Shown in pieces: positions 31,527 to 44,743 of a DNA stretch of 64,000 nucleotides. This DNA comes from Geosiphon pyriformis uo1. Its lineage: Eukaryota; Fungi; Glomeromycota. Location of the stretch: positions 62,001-126,000 of the forward strand of contig JAAOMT010000594.1 in the NCBI GenBank assembly GCA_016748015.1, read 5' to 3'. A program made the position numbers and the translations under genes. The notes beneath the pieces were generated by a model. It had not been told where the DNA came from. It ran no database searches and was given only the letters and a program-made list of their open reading frames with translations. Positions within the stretch are counted from its first letter, which is position 1. Each line of letters opens with the position of its first letter.

Positions 31527-33200
31527 TTTTTTTTTTGTTTTAATGAGTGAAATCCAAATACTACCTAGAACAATACATCATAAAAAATCTAAACTAGACA
31601 TGAATCATGTATTTTCTACACATGACCAGCCACTCAGGCCGATCAAAACAACACTAAGCATCTATAATAACTAATACAGAATCCCCAATACCTGAAAAAA
31701 ATAAACAAGGTATATGAAAGCCAAAGCGAATGCCAAAAACCTCCACAATATCCAACAGCTTTATCACTCCAGCAGAAAAAATCGAAAAAAGCCCATGTAC
31801 CAGATCAGGAACTGAACCATCACTAGAAATTAGGCCACGCTTCTTTATCAAAGCATGGTGACTCGCATGAACCAACCAAATCTCATCTCTAAAAGCAAGA
31901 CAAAAATTTCACACAAAATCCACCACCTTACAACAAGCAAATTTAAAGTCACTGAAAACTAAGACCACTTCTTGAAAACAAAGTTTGAACATAAAACTCT
32001 TACAAAACACCAAACACACCAAGACATCAGAGGCACAAGACACATAAGACATGATGACAACCGAAACAATCCAGAGAGGACTTCCCAGATAGCTGCGTGC
32101 ATGTCTAACAGCTGAGTGCAGATAGCAGCATTAGAGCCACATAAGAAAATGTGATCAGAAAATTCGACTTCACTACAAAACAAGCACAAAATACTGGAAT
32201 AAGACCTGTTATAAAGGCACTTACAAACAGCCATGGACAGCTAATGATGTAAAGCTTTCATAAAATAAGTATGAGCACCAGCAGAATGTTTACCAGTGAA
32301 ACCAGCGGCCATGTATATATCAAGATGCCACATAAGCAAAGACCTATGCCAGTTTATGTTACCATGCAAACTGGTAACTAAGACTTTAAAACCAAAGCCA
32401 ACCTCCCATTTAGCATGATATACATAATGGAAAATATCACGAACAAAATATTTAGAATTCCCAGAAACAGCCATACCACCTGCCAAAATATAGTATTCAT
32501 TCAAACATAAAAGCAGAAAAAGGTCAGACATAAAAGCAGCCACAGCAAGAGCATCTGCATGCTCATTACCCATAATACCAGAATGTCCTTTGACTTTAAA
32601 CCAACAGAAGTTCAAATTCCTATTATGAATCAAGTTGGAAATGTGACGGCATTCTAATTAGCATCAATTTTGAAAGTCTGAAATAACCAGACTCAGCTCA
32701 GATCTGCATGCATCCAAAGCTGCCTGACTGTCAGAAAACAAATGAACAGAACTGGAGGGGGGAACACACTTAAGAGCCAAAGCAATAGCCTGCAATTCCA
32801 CCATAGTAGAAAATACCAAACCAGAAACTACAACACCTAAACTCAAATTGACACCATCAAAAAAAACGGCTGCATCAGCCTGTATGTCAACCGTACTCAA
32901 ACCGGCCAAAGAATCATCAGTAAATACTAAAATACTATTGGAACAGACACCAAGCAGACAACTACAAATTATATCAAATTCAATTGAATCCAGAACATTT
33001 CGAGAGGTAACTCCACCAACAGGAGAAGCCCATGTGGATCCAATCTCTTCCAATGTTTAAAAGTCGTCCAAGTAAAATTAGCATTCCTGCGGTCTTGAAG
33101 CTGATCCACAAAAGCAATACCATAATACTGAAGAGACGGAAGACACTTAACAAACTTAGATTTACCAAGAACAGATACCATAGGAGTTCCATTTCGAAGA
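31527..33200 (-). mobile_element. 5'-truncated LINE 3 (RNase H, zinc finger, 3' UTR, poly-A)
   Basis: ORFs 32664-33053 (FTDDS..ELQAIALAL..SDSQ), 32241-32633 (KVKGHSG), 31959-32234; 3' UTR matches LINE 1. Confidence 0.88.
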
Positions 33201-36007
33201 CGAAGTTAATTTATTTTAAATTTAAAAAAAATTATTATTTACCAAATTTAATAATAGCTTATAGAATTATTTATTGTAATAAAAATACATACTTATTATT
33301 ATTATAAATACATAATATATTTAATTAGTTAATATTAAACATGAATAATAAATAAAATCTATTAAAATAATTATTATACAATATAATTAAGAATAAATCT
33401 AGTTGTAATAATTTGTTACATAAAACAATCTCAAAAATAGCTTCAATTAGGATTGGAAATTTTATTAAATTTTAAAAAAATAACATATAATAATAATATG
33501 TATTATTTATTTTTATTGGACAAATTAAAGTTAAATTTTTAATTTGTTCAAGTTTATTTTATTATGATTGTTATATTTAATAATAAGCTAAACAGTTTAT
33601 TATGCAAGTTTTTATACTTTACTATATTTTTGTTTTTTTTGTGCTATAAGGTGTAAAATATTGTTAATAATTTTAGATATAATTAAAAAATTTTGGATTA
33701 TTATTTTATTGGAAAAATTTTTTATAGTCTTTTGATTTACAAAGCAAAAAGCTTTAGTAACTAAACTATTGTCTCTTTTTTTATTAGTATACTATTATAA
33801 AAATATTATTTGAATATAAAATTCTTTAATTTTTGAATATAGCATTACTTGAAAATAATGACAACAAACAATATCACAAAATATACTAGACAAATATAAA
33901 CAAAAATAAGAAACAGAATTAACAATTATAATAAAATATAAATACTTACTGTTTTTTGGTGACTTTTTATACTTTTTTAATGTTTTTTTATTGATTTCAA
34001 CAACCATTAATTTAAATAAAATTTGTTTTATGTTATACATATTTTTAATGAAATTATCTATTATATCAAAATTAAAATCTTAAATATCAAAATATTGTTA
34101 GATAAATAACTTGAAAAAGTACACTAAAAAATAAATTTTTTTATCCTATTATAAGTATTAATATTTAATAATAATTAACTTATAATAAAATATAGACATT
34201 GTATTTTTAAATATTCTATGATTAAAATATAAGATATAAAATATTAAGTTATTTGTTTGTCAATATTAAGAAAAAAATTATGACCATTAACATAATTTCT
34301 ATACAAGATAAAAGTATATAATATTCAAAAAAATAATTTTATTCTGTCTTATTTTCAAATCTTGTATCTAATATATTAGCAAAATTACACAAATTACCAT
34401 TTGTTAAAAGCATGTGTTTAATAATATTGTTAAGACTTTCAATGTGAAAGATAGTTTGAGTTTTTTTAGTAAATATTTTTAATGTAAATACATAAGTCTA
34501 TGGTTATTAGCTAAAATAAAAAGCTCTTATTAAATAATCTTTAATATTAATGTATATTTTAGTAAGTTGTAACTATTATTTATAGAAATTTTCTTTATAT
34601 AAACTATTATAACATAGAAAAAAATTGTGAACAAAGTTTTTATATTGATTGTAAAGCTTTAACTTAAAATTTCTTAGTAAGTTTTTATTAATATAAAAAA
34701 TACAATAAATTTGGTAAGCCATTTTGTATACTTAAACAACTATTATATTTGCTATAAGATTAGTATCAGTAATAAACATTAATAGTTTTGTTATTGTTGC
34801 TTTTTTTGTGTATTTTAGAATTTATTTATACAATTTGGCAGTTTTATTTGATATAAAAGCTTGTATAATAAGATGAAATTTTGTGTTATTATCTACAATA
34901 ACAAAGAGAAAAAGTAATATCTGATAGCAGTTAGTCTTTGCTGTATTGTTATTTAAAACAACATTATGGTATTTTAACCAAAAAACAATTTGTGTAAAAA
35001 ACATATAAAATACACAGATAAGCCAATTTTTATTAATTTTAAACTTTATAATCTATTTAAAATTATTTAATTTATGATTTATAAGAGTTATTAACAAGCA
35101 GAATGTATTATGTTTTTTATTATTATAAATTTTAAATTTTTGTATTGTATTTGTAAAATTACAATCAAAAATAGATGCTATTAGAAATTTTACTTTTAAT
35201 AATTTTTTGAATAATAATTAATAGATTTGTATATTTTATAAAAAATTGAATCTTTTAAAGAATATTATCTAAAAATTTTTAATATATTAAAGCATATTTT
35301 TTAGTATTGAGATATAATAAATAATTGTGTGTATTATTAAAAATAGTAAGAGTTATTTTGCATGAGTTTTTGGTACAGTTAATATTGGTATGCCAACTAT
35401 ATCCTTGATATTTTGATTTGATATTCTAATAATTTTAAATGTTAATTTTTTTTTGGTTTGTATTAACTATTAAATTTGTATTTAAAAGTGTAATGTTTAA
35501 TGCTGTTGTCTGGATGTCATTTTAATCTTTTTTAAATAACTCTAAATTTTTGTTATTTATTATAGATCTTCATAATTATGTTAACATTTTCTTATATTTC
35601 AAAAACATAATTAGTACAAAATTTTATAGCTAAATAAATGTAAAAAAATTTGACATTAAATATGATTAAAATTATAACCAAAAATTTTACTTCTATTTAT
35701 AAGCACTTTATTATTTAATTAAAATAAGTTTTTACTAATGTTATTTTGAAGTTAATTGGCCAGCTTTATATTAGAATTTAAATTAATATAGAAATAATTT
35801 TAGTCTTTTAATACATAATTTTTTACTAAACATATATATATATTTTTCTCTAAAAATAAACTGGTTATTTTTTTTTGCTCTGTGTTTACACTAAAATATT
35901 AACTTTAATATAATATATAACATATAAAATATTATATTTAAAATTGTCAATATATCAATAATTACAGTATTAATTGATACATTTAAGTAAATATTATTTA
36001 GAATAGT

Positions 36008-36043
36008 TTAAAGAGTCAGATTTTGTGTAATCTGACTCTTTAA
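36008..36043. repeat. Perfect 15-bp inverted repeat with 6-nt loop
   Basis: TTAAAGAGTCAGATT-ttgtgt-AATCTGACTCTTTAA. Confidence 0.9.
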
Positions 36044-36949
36044 CACTTTAGAATCTATAGCTTATACTTAATATACAACTTTTCATAATATACAAGTTTT
36101 TTTTGTAACTTAAACACTGTTTAAAACAAAAAAAACTTCTTGTTATATAAGAATAAAAGCAGTTACACCAAAAATTTTGATGTGTTTTTATACTATAATA
36201 TACAGATAGCATACGTCAAATTCAAAAACCATGTAATATAATATATGTAATTTATTTTTAACCAATGAAAATAATTAATATTACATAATGTAAAACAGAT
36301 TGAGACGTTGATTACCGCATCACATATCACGTGTTACACGTGCCATATATGGCGCAGTGATCTACGAAACAAATAAAGTCATGTATTATCATATTAAATT
36401 ACATGCTTTTTCGAGATTGTTATAAATTTTTTTTATAACAGATTGTTACAAATCTATTAATTCTTTTTTTAAATAATATTAATATTATTATTTAATAAAT
36501 AAATGAAAATTTTTAATTAGTTATTATTATATAATTATTATATATATATATTTAAAATTTAAAATTATTTACATATATAAAATATAAAAAATAAATGTTT
36601 TTTTAGTTAATAAAAAAATTTTAATACAATTTTTCATTATTAAAACCAATTAATAATTTAAAACTTTAAAAGTTTTAAAATAAACAATAACATATTATTA
36701 TAAACCAATAGATTTTAATTTAATAAACAATCTCAAAAGTATTTTTAATATTATTAATAAAAATATTCAAAAAATATTATAAAAAATCATAATAGTAAAA
36801 ACAAAAACAAATTTAGATATTACAATAGATTTTTTTATTTTAACAAAACTTAATAAATTTAATTTTAATAATATTCAATAAAATTTAAAATATAGAATTT
36901 ATATAAAAAAGCTTAATATTGTTTTTAATAATCAATTTTATCTTAATAA

Positions 36950-39900
36950 ATTTTTTTTTTATTTGCTTAATGAATAAGATCTAAACACTACCTAGTGCTA
37001 TACATCAAAGAAATAATTTAAACTAGGCATGAATCATGCATTTTCTACATGTGACCAGTCACTCAGACTGATCAAAACAACACTATGCAGCTATATAAAC
37101 TAAAACTGGGTTATCTATATCCAAAAAAAACAAACAAGATTTGCAAAAACCAAAACAAATACTAAAAGCATTAGTAATACCAAGCAATTTGATTATATCA
37201 GCAGAGAACCTCAAAGCTAAACCAGAAACTGAAATGAAAGCTGAACTATCAAGAGTAATCAACCCATTCCTTTCCATATAAGCTTTATATTTAGCATAAA
37301 CAGACCAAACTTCTTCCCTAAAAACTAGACCAAGAAAGCATACAAACTTTACAACCTCCAAACCAGCAATTTTAGTATCATAGAAGATGGAAACAGTCTC
37401 ATGAAACCAGCCACTAAAAATGAAATCTTTACAAAGAGCCATAAATATAGAGAAATCAGAACCACAGAATAACAGCAGTTGTAAAACACCAAAAGAGAAA
37501 TAAAAAAACTGAAAACCACCTTCCCAGTATTACAGATGATTATTTGGGGTCTTAAAGCAAATAACAAACCCATAATTTGGTGCTCAATTAATATAATATT
37601 GTTGGTAATATCTGAAGATGTTGTTTTATCTGAAGGTTTTGTTGTGGAGTCTTTTGTATAATGGACAAAGATTCACTATGGTTGGTTTTGGTTGATTTTT
37701 CAAGTTGTTTTCCCAATTTCTGTCTTCAGCATGGTGGCCAGTTTAATCTGGCAGTCATGCTCTTCTGGTAAGCTATTCATTAATATATATAATTCTACCC
37801 TTATTTCTGGGTCTTTTATCAGGCTATTTTTGATGTCAATTACTCAGTGTTTAATCTCTTTAATCAGTAGTAAGTCAACAAACAAAAGAAAATAAAATAA
37901 AAAAAAAGAAAATAAAAAGAAAATAAGAAATTAGAAATAAGCCAAGACAATTCAAGTTAGTATCTCATTAATAGTCGTGATCAAGAGCTATTGTTTCAGT
38001 ATAGTTAAGTGTTGGATTTTATTAACATAAAGTGTTAATAAATAGAAGAGTGATTATATTTTTAAACAAATAACAATAACATAGATTTGAAGAATTAAAG
38101 AGATCTTTTATTTATATAATTTCATTTCGGTTGATAGCAACTATCCTTGAAATGAAGGTTAATAAATAGAGAAGAAAGAAGATTGTTCTAAATTAATAAA
38201 ACTCTATTGAATTTTCCAGGAATTACTTTTTCTGCTTTTAACACTCTCGCTATATATATATAATTTATGTTATATGAGATTCTGTACATTTGTGAGCAAT
38301 ATGCCATGATTTCTCAAGCAATGCTTATATTGCTGAGCAATGTGCCTGTAATTTCTAACAATGTGCTCATTGCTGAACAATGTGCTATAATTCTCTGACA
38401 ATGCTTCACATTGCTGAGTAATATGCTCACATGCTAAATACTATTCTCTTATTGGTCTATTTTCCCTATCAGTTTTTCCTACTATTTTCTTGTATTTTTT
38501 TTCTATGAGTAATACTAGAATCCACATAAGATTCCAGTATCTGACATTGAGCAGATTCATCAATCCTGCAAGAAAACACATGATCTGACATCTCAACATC
38601 ACTACAATATAAGCACAACACACTAGAATAAAGTCTATTATAAAGGTGCTTCTGTACAGCAACCAGCAGTCGATGGTACAAAGCTTTCATAAAGTATGTA
38701 CGTGTATTAGCCAAGAGTCTGCTGGTGAAACCAGCAGCCATATGTAAATTAGAATACTATACCAAAGATGAGCAAAGCCAATCAACCTCTAAAATCAAAC
38801 TGTTCATCAAAAACTTAGAACCAGATCCAATTTCCCAGCATGCATGACATACAGAGCAATAAATATCACACACAAAGTGTCTAGAATTGCCAAAAATAAC
38901 ACTATCATCAGCCACTATAAAGCGTTCATCCAAACAAAGAGGAAAATACCAACAAGAGAGAGTGGCAGCATTGGCAATCACATTAACATGCTTATTCCCT
39001 GAAATGCCAGAATAACTCTTTACCTTGTGCCAACTAATTCTTAAATTCTTACTGTAAATAACATTAACAATATGCTGACACTTGACCCAGCACTTATTGC
39101 AAAAGTCAGAGCACATTAGACCCAATTCCAACTTACAAGCATCCAAAACGGATTGACTGTTTGAAAACAAGTGAACAGAATTAGACATAGAAATACACTC
39201 CAGGACCAATGCAATAGCCTGTAATTCTACCATAGTCGATGACATCAAACCTAATACACCAATACCCAAACCCAAACTAATGTTCTCAAAAAAAACAGCA
39301 GTGCCAGCTTTACAGCCAGCTGTGCCCAAATTCTTCAAAGACTCATCTGTATACACAGACAAATTATCAGAACTAACTTGAGAGAGATGGTTACAAACAG
39401 ATGTAAAATCATCAAAATCAAGAAAGCTCAGATAACCAACCTCACTTGAACCCAAGGGATAAGCAGATGAAGGATCTAAACTATTGAGAAATGCCACAAA
39501 AATTTTGAACCATTCAGGAGCAAGACCATGAGGATTCAGTCTTTTTTACTGTCTGAAAGTACACTAGTCAAAGACAGCACCATGGCTATTCTAAAGTTGA
39601 TTCACAAAAGCTACACCATATTGACAGAGAGAAAGAAGAAAGTTGAGAAACCTAGACTTGCCCAGAACAGCAGACATAGGAGTTCCACCATAAAACTGAA
39701 AAGAATTAACCAAAAAGCCACCCAGGAATAGATTGCAATCGAGAAGAATGTGAATCATGTTTGCCAAAAAGTTATTTAAAACACTAACACACACACGGAC
39801 TGGAGAACTTAATAGATGAACAGAACTCCAACACTAAACTTGTAAGTCATATGACCTGTGAGAAAACAAGTAACCTAAGACTCCATTAGAGTTTACAAAA

Positions 39901-42900
39901 TTTACCAGAAAAGCAACTTTACTTTTAGACTGAACTTGTAAAAAAGATTTCAAACCATAAAATGAAGGGTGGTGAATTGTGTTATTAGGAAAGTTGAGCA
40001 GTAGACCAGATTTGAGCTTTAAGCCTTTGCAAATCAGAGCATCTCACTTGTTGCACACACCAACAAGAATAAAACTGAACTGTGTTTTATAACTGACTAT
40101 AGGATGGAAAACTGCTAAAACCAAATACAAGAGCTGCTTATCTGAGATAATCTTCCTCAGAACCAGATTGGTAACCTTAGCTAAATTAGGCTTCAAAAGA
40201 CCTTCAGTTGAAAAAAAATACCTAAATACCAATGAGATTTACCCTTTTTGGCAATGGAGATTGGTGATCAACTAATAAAAAGAGAAGGAGTACTGGTTCT
40301 GCTGTTAATGGAAATGGCCACTGTTTTGTTATTATTAATAGATATGTTATTGATCTGAAAGAATTTGCTAGCAACATTAAGAATATGTTGAGTAGCTCTT
40401 TGATTGCCACCAACTCAAATTGTATTATCGACAAAAGTGCCAGCAGCAAAAAAGGAAGAGAGCCCAGCCTAAAACTCAGCATGACCACTTTTGGAAATAA
40501 AATGAGAATTTAATCTATACTCACACACACTCTTCTGACACTTGACTTTACACAATAAAGGGTCATAAAATATGTACTACAGAAGGGGAAAAAACACCTT
40601 CCTTTGGTCCAGACTGTCATGCATATGATAACCACATGTCAAACCAAAATCTGTCATAATTCTGTTGATACAATTCTTGTGAATACCCCCAAAGAAACAA
40701 ATGAACTTGTTGCATATTTTGATCCTAACCAAACTCTTCTCAAGATATTCCCAGCCAACTGAGTTGTATGCTTTCCACATGTTCTATAAAACTAGCCAAA
40801 ATTTTTGGTTCTTTTCCAGAACATCCTCAATAACTGAACCAATAGCAAAAATGGGAGACTGAGTCAATGTACTCTTCAAAACCAAAAAATTGTCCTCATA
40901 AAAAACATCAAAAGTGCTGTATGCTAAAGAAATCTTGTTAGAAAGAATCTTGGAAAGAATTTTATAAGCCGTTTCGATTAAAGCAATAGGACAGATATTT
41001 GTCAGAACACCCTCCTACTCATATGGTTTGGGAATTATCAAGATCCAAGCCTCTTTTCAAAAGCTGGACACTAATTCACCAGACAAACAGAAATTCAAAA
41101 GCACTAAAAACATATTCAAGATCAACTTATCACAATGCTTCTAAAGCTCATTTGACACATCTGAAAGACCAGCAGTTTTGCCATCAAGCAGATTAGAAAC
41201 CATATTAGCCAACTCATCAATTTCAATCAAACACATGACACCAGAAAAAGCCTCATCAAAAACATACTCCAATGGTTAATATTGGCAGTACCAGTCACCA
41301 GAGATATTATCTACCACACTGTGCTTCTTAGTCTAACTTTTTATGATCATATCTACTTTAGACTTAACTAAGTCAGGTTTCAGAATCAGTTCATCATCAA
41401 CTACCAGATAATCAAGGCCACTTTGTAAAAGGGACATTCTAACACACTCCTAATTGTATGACTCTTATTAATCTCAAAGCTCTTTATCCTTCTATTAATA
41501 GCTGATCTGATGTTTGCCTCCTTAGCCCTCAAGAATTCAGCAAGCTTAGCAATGTAATAAGACTTTCTAACACTAAAAAGAGCAAAACAGATGTGATTAG
41601 AGCTAGCACCAGAGTTTATAACACCCAGAATGACTGAAGCCTTAACATCATCCAAAGAAATCTAGCATCTCATAAGAGAATTAAAATTTACAGTACTCTC
41701 CTTATGTAAGGCTTTGACAATCCTAGAAACCAATAGTTCCAATTTGTGAAATTTTGAAGATTCTCTGGTGAAAACATCATCATAGCTCTTAAATTATTTC
41801 TTCTTAAACATCTCATTAGCTGAAAGAACCATTATTTTGCAAACAGTAATTCACATTGCATCCAAATCTGAAAATCTAGTGGAGGCAGTAAACTCATTTG
41901 AGAACAATGCAACATTGGCTAATGTGGCCCTCTTAAAATTGTTCTATTTAGCTTTATCAGCACTCTTGAACTTGAACTTCCATCTATCTCTATTTGTCTG
42001 TTTATGAAAAAAATTCAACAACACATCTAAAAGTCTACTTAAACTCATAGACATAAAAACAGTCTGATAATCAGTATCAAAAAATTCTTCAACATTAGAC
42101 ACCCTTCAATCCACCACAGCATTGACCAAGTTCGAAGAAATAAACAAGAAATTGATGAACTTAGCCACACCCTGAAAGTTAGCCCATGTGGGCATTTTGA
42201 CATAAAAACTTTCATCCAAAGAATTGACCAAACCAAGATCTAGACACTTTTTGAAACTAACATACTTTCAGGAGCTATTTTCATTGAAATCACCACCTAA
42301 AACCACAAACAAAGATTCATTAACCATCTTTGCAATCATAGAATTGATATTACCAGCCTAAGAGAAATGAACTGCCAGGAACACCCCAGCATAAAGCCCC
42401 AAAATTGACACAGAAAGTTTATTCTTGAACAGCAGCTTGACAGAAAGGAGCCGACTAGGCACCTTAGAAACCTTACAAACATGACAAGTTAGAAAAGTGT
42501 TTATAATAATTGCAACTCCAGTGCCAAGAAATCCCTTGTCCAACCCAGATGAAAAAACCCTAACACTATCAAACTTATCCCTAATCCAAGGCCTATTGCT
42601 AGATCTTAGCTTTGTCTCTGTGATTATCAAAACCAAATTCCCAAAATCTCTATGTCAATGGATAATGTCCTCCTGCTTGGCAGAGATGTTGATACTGTAA
42701 ACATTACATGTTGCAAATTTCCACACAAAGTCACTCATTGAGGAGTAAAAAAAGTTGACAAACCCAAGCCAAAGCACAAATGATCCAACCTTTCTAAAAC
42801 AGATCCAACTGACACTTCCAAAGTCACCATCTTGGATTCCAATCCATCCACCTTAGTTGTTAAGACCTTAGAACTACTTGAACTAAGATCAACAACTGGG

Positions 42901-43202
42901 TCTGCAGCAACTGAAAGAGGGGAAAAAAAAGATGTCATTGTAACATCCAGAGCCATATTTGAGTCCAAATTAGATAAAACAGATGCAAAGACAACCAGAG
43001 GAGAGACATAAGATTTGAACACCAAAGGCACTAATTCCACAAAGTTCAATTTTTTTATAATAACTGAAACCTAATCTGTTAAGAGCTCCAAAAAGTGTTT
43101 TAGAGAAGCCAATCAATCAACCAAACATGAATCACCAAGATAATTAGAAACCAGTGGAACAGGTTTTGCACCTGAAAATGAATCAGTACCAAAAAAATCT
43201 GA
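36950..43202 (-). mobile_element. LINE 4, 3' part (end of ORF1, whole ORF2, 3' UTR, poly-A), interrupted by a solo LTR and by Gypsy-A
   Basis: Colinear with LINE 1: endonuclease 42358-42738, RT ~40040-41200, RNase H 38757-39497, poly(T) at ~36950. Continues at 63529. Confidence 0.9.
37528..38514 (-). mobile_element. Solo LTR (family C, related to the Gypsy-A LTR) inserted in LINE 4 ORF2
   Basis: Termini tattaca.../...ctatgagtaata are decayed versions of the LTR-A termini tgttaca/ctatgagtaaca. Flanks CCAG/CTAG form a 4-bp TSD with one C>T. Removing it restores LINE sequence colinear with LINE 1. Confidence 0.85.
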
Positions 43203-44047
43203 TGTTACAGGTGACTATTTCTGGTGTTAGATTAAATAACAAAATCCATAACTTGGTGCTAAAAGTTATTCACGTTGATGTTAATAATCTGAAGGTTTTG
43301 TATCTGAAGGTTTCGGTTTGAGTTCTTTGTATAATGAACAGAGATTCAATAGTTGTTTTATCTATAGCTTCCCAGAATCACAATTCTGTCAATTTTTCTC
43401 TTGGTGTAATGACCAGCAATCCTCTGGTAAGTATTCTGTATCTTCTGTACATGTCCTATCCTCTTGCAAGGGTCTTTTACCAGACAATCCTTGATGTCAG
43501 TAATCTAGCACTTTATTCAACCAATTAGTGCACAATAAAATAAAAAATAAAAATAAAGAAAAGAAATAAAAGAAAATAATGAATAAGCCAAGACAGTTTT
43601 GTAAGTTAATATCCCATCAATAGTTGTGATCAAGAGCTATTGTTCCAGTGTGTTTAAGTATCAATTACTATCAACATAAAGTGTTGATAGTGAAATTAGG
43701 TTTGAGATACCAAATGGTTATTTATTGTGTTTGGAAGGTTGTCTAGATGAAATCTAAACTGGAAAATCTGTCTTTTTAGCTTCTAATCCTACTGCTATAT
43801 ATACATAATTGAGATTCCTCAATTTCTCAATTCTTTACAACAGAAATCCTGGGATTTCTGAAATCCTGCAATTTCTTTGAGAGGAATTCTGGAATTCTGG
43901 AATTCTGTGATTCCTTGTGAGAATCCTGTAATTTCTGAAATCCTGCAATTCCTGAGAAGAATTCTGGAATTTCACATTTTATTATGTCTACTTTTGATTG
44001 GTTAATAACTATGCTAATATATATTTCTTATATTTCTATAAATAACA
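43203..44047 (-). repeat. Gypsy-A 3' LTR
   Basis: Direct repeat of 62677-63524; adjacent to the PPT. Confidence 0.95.
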
Positions 44048-44060
44048 TTATTCCCTCCTT

Positions 44061-44690
44061 TTAATATTGAGCTTCATTGAAATTTAACTCTGTTAATTCC
44101 CCTTTTTAAAGTATTTCCTAAATTTCATTTTCGAGAATTACTTGTGTTATTTGAGTTTGTAATTTTTCAAATTGAGCATTGGTAATCTTTCCTAATTAAT
44201 TACTGATAACCATATCCATTGCTTTGTTGAGTAAGATTTCTTGTTGATCCTGAAATGCTGTGTGTATTTGGTATATGGCTTGGGCCTGTGTGGATAAGTT
44301 GTTCTTTTCCACAAAATGTTTTAATTGTTGTAATATTTTTGTGTCAAATAATTGCTTTGTTTTATCCATATATAGATTCTGGATATTCACGTGTTGTCCC
44401 AAGTAAAAATAACAATAGTTTCTTGGAAATTGTTGTATCCATCAATTCCAAGTTTTTTTAGTCAACTCTTGGTATAGTGACTCTTTTGTTAACTCTTTTA
44501 TTGCTAATTTTACTTTTGCAATGATTTTGTCAATGGTATTTTCTGTTTTCTTTTGTGTTCTATATGGCGATGTCTTTCTAGTGTCTTGATATCAGATGGT
44601 TTGTTGATTAATTGTAATTTCCATCTTTTGGTATTGAATCAATTGAAAGAGTTGTTGTGCTAATGAGTGGATGTTGTCTGTAATTTCCAT
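44061..44690 (-). pseudogene. Gypsy-A ORF3 (unknown function, env position, ~209 aa, internal stops)
   Basis: ATG at 44690 is in frame with stop 44061-44063; homologous to Gypsy-B ORF3. Confidence 0.7.
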
Positions 44691-44743
44691 TTTTCTGATA
44701 TTCTTGTCACATCTATCATGTCTTTATATATTCTTTTGATGAA

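Noticed and set aside
33300-36232. Possible decayed intron-containing gene (minus-strand ATG at 36232, MVFEFD followed by GTATGC)
   Set aside because: No convincing downstream exons or recognisable protein motifs could be assembled.
33200-36950. AT-rich core flanked by LINEs with an ATCACGTG (CDEI-like) motif as a centromere
   Set aside because: No CDEIII-like element; AT deserts and TE nests occur throughout the window, so sequence alone cannot support it.
43810-43972. Short repeat arrays as a possible CRISPR
   Set aside because: Degenerate 8-10 bp tandem motifs without unique spacers, inside eukaryotic LTRs.
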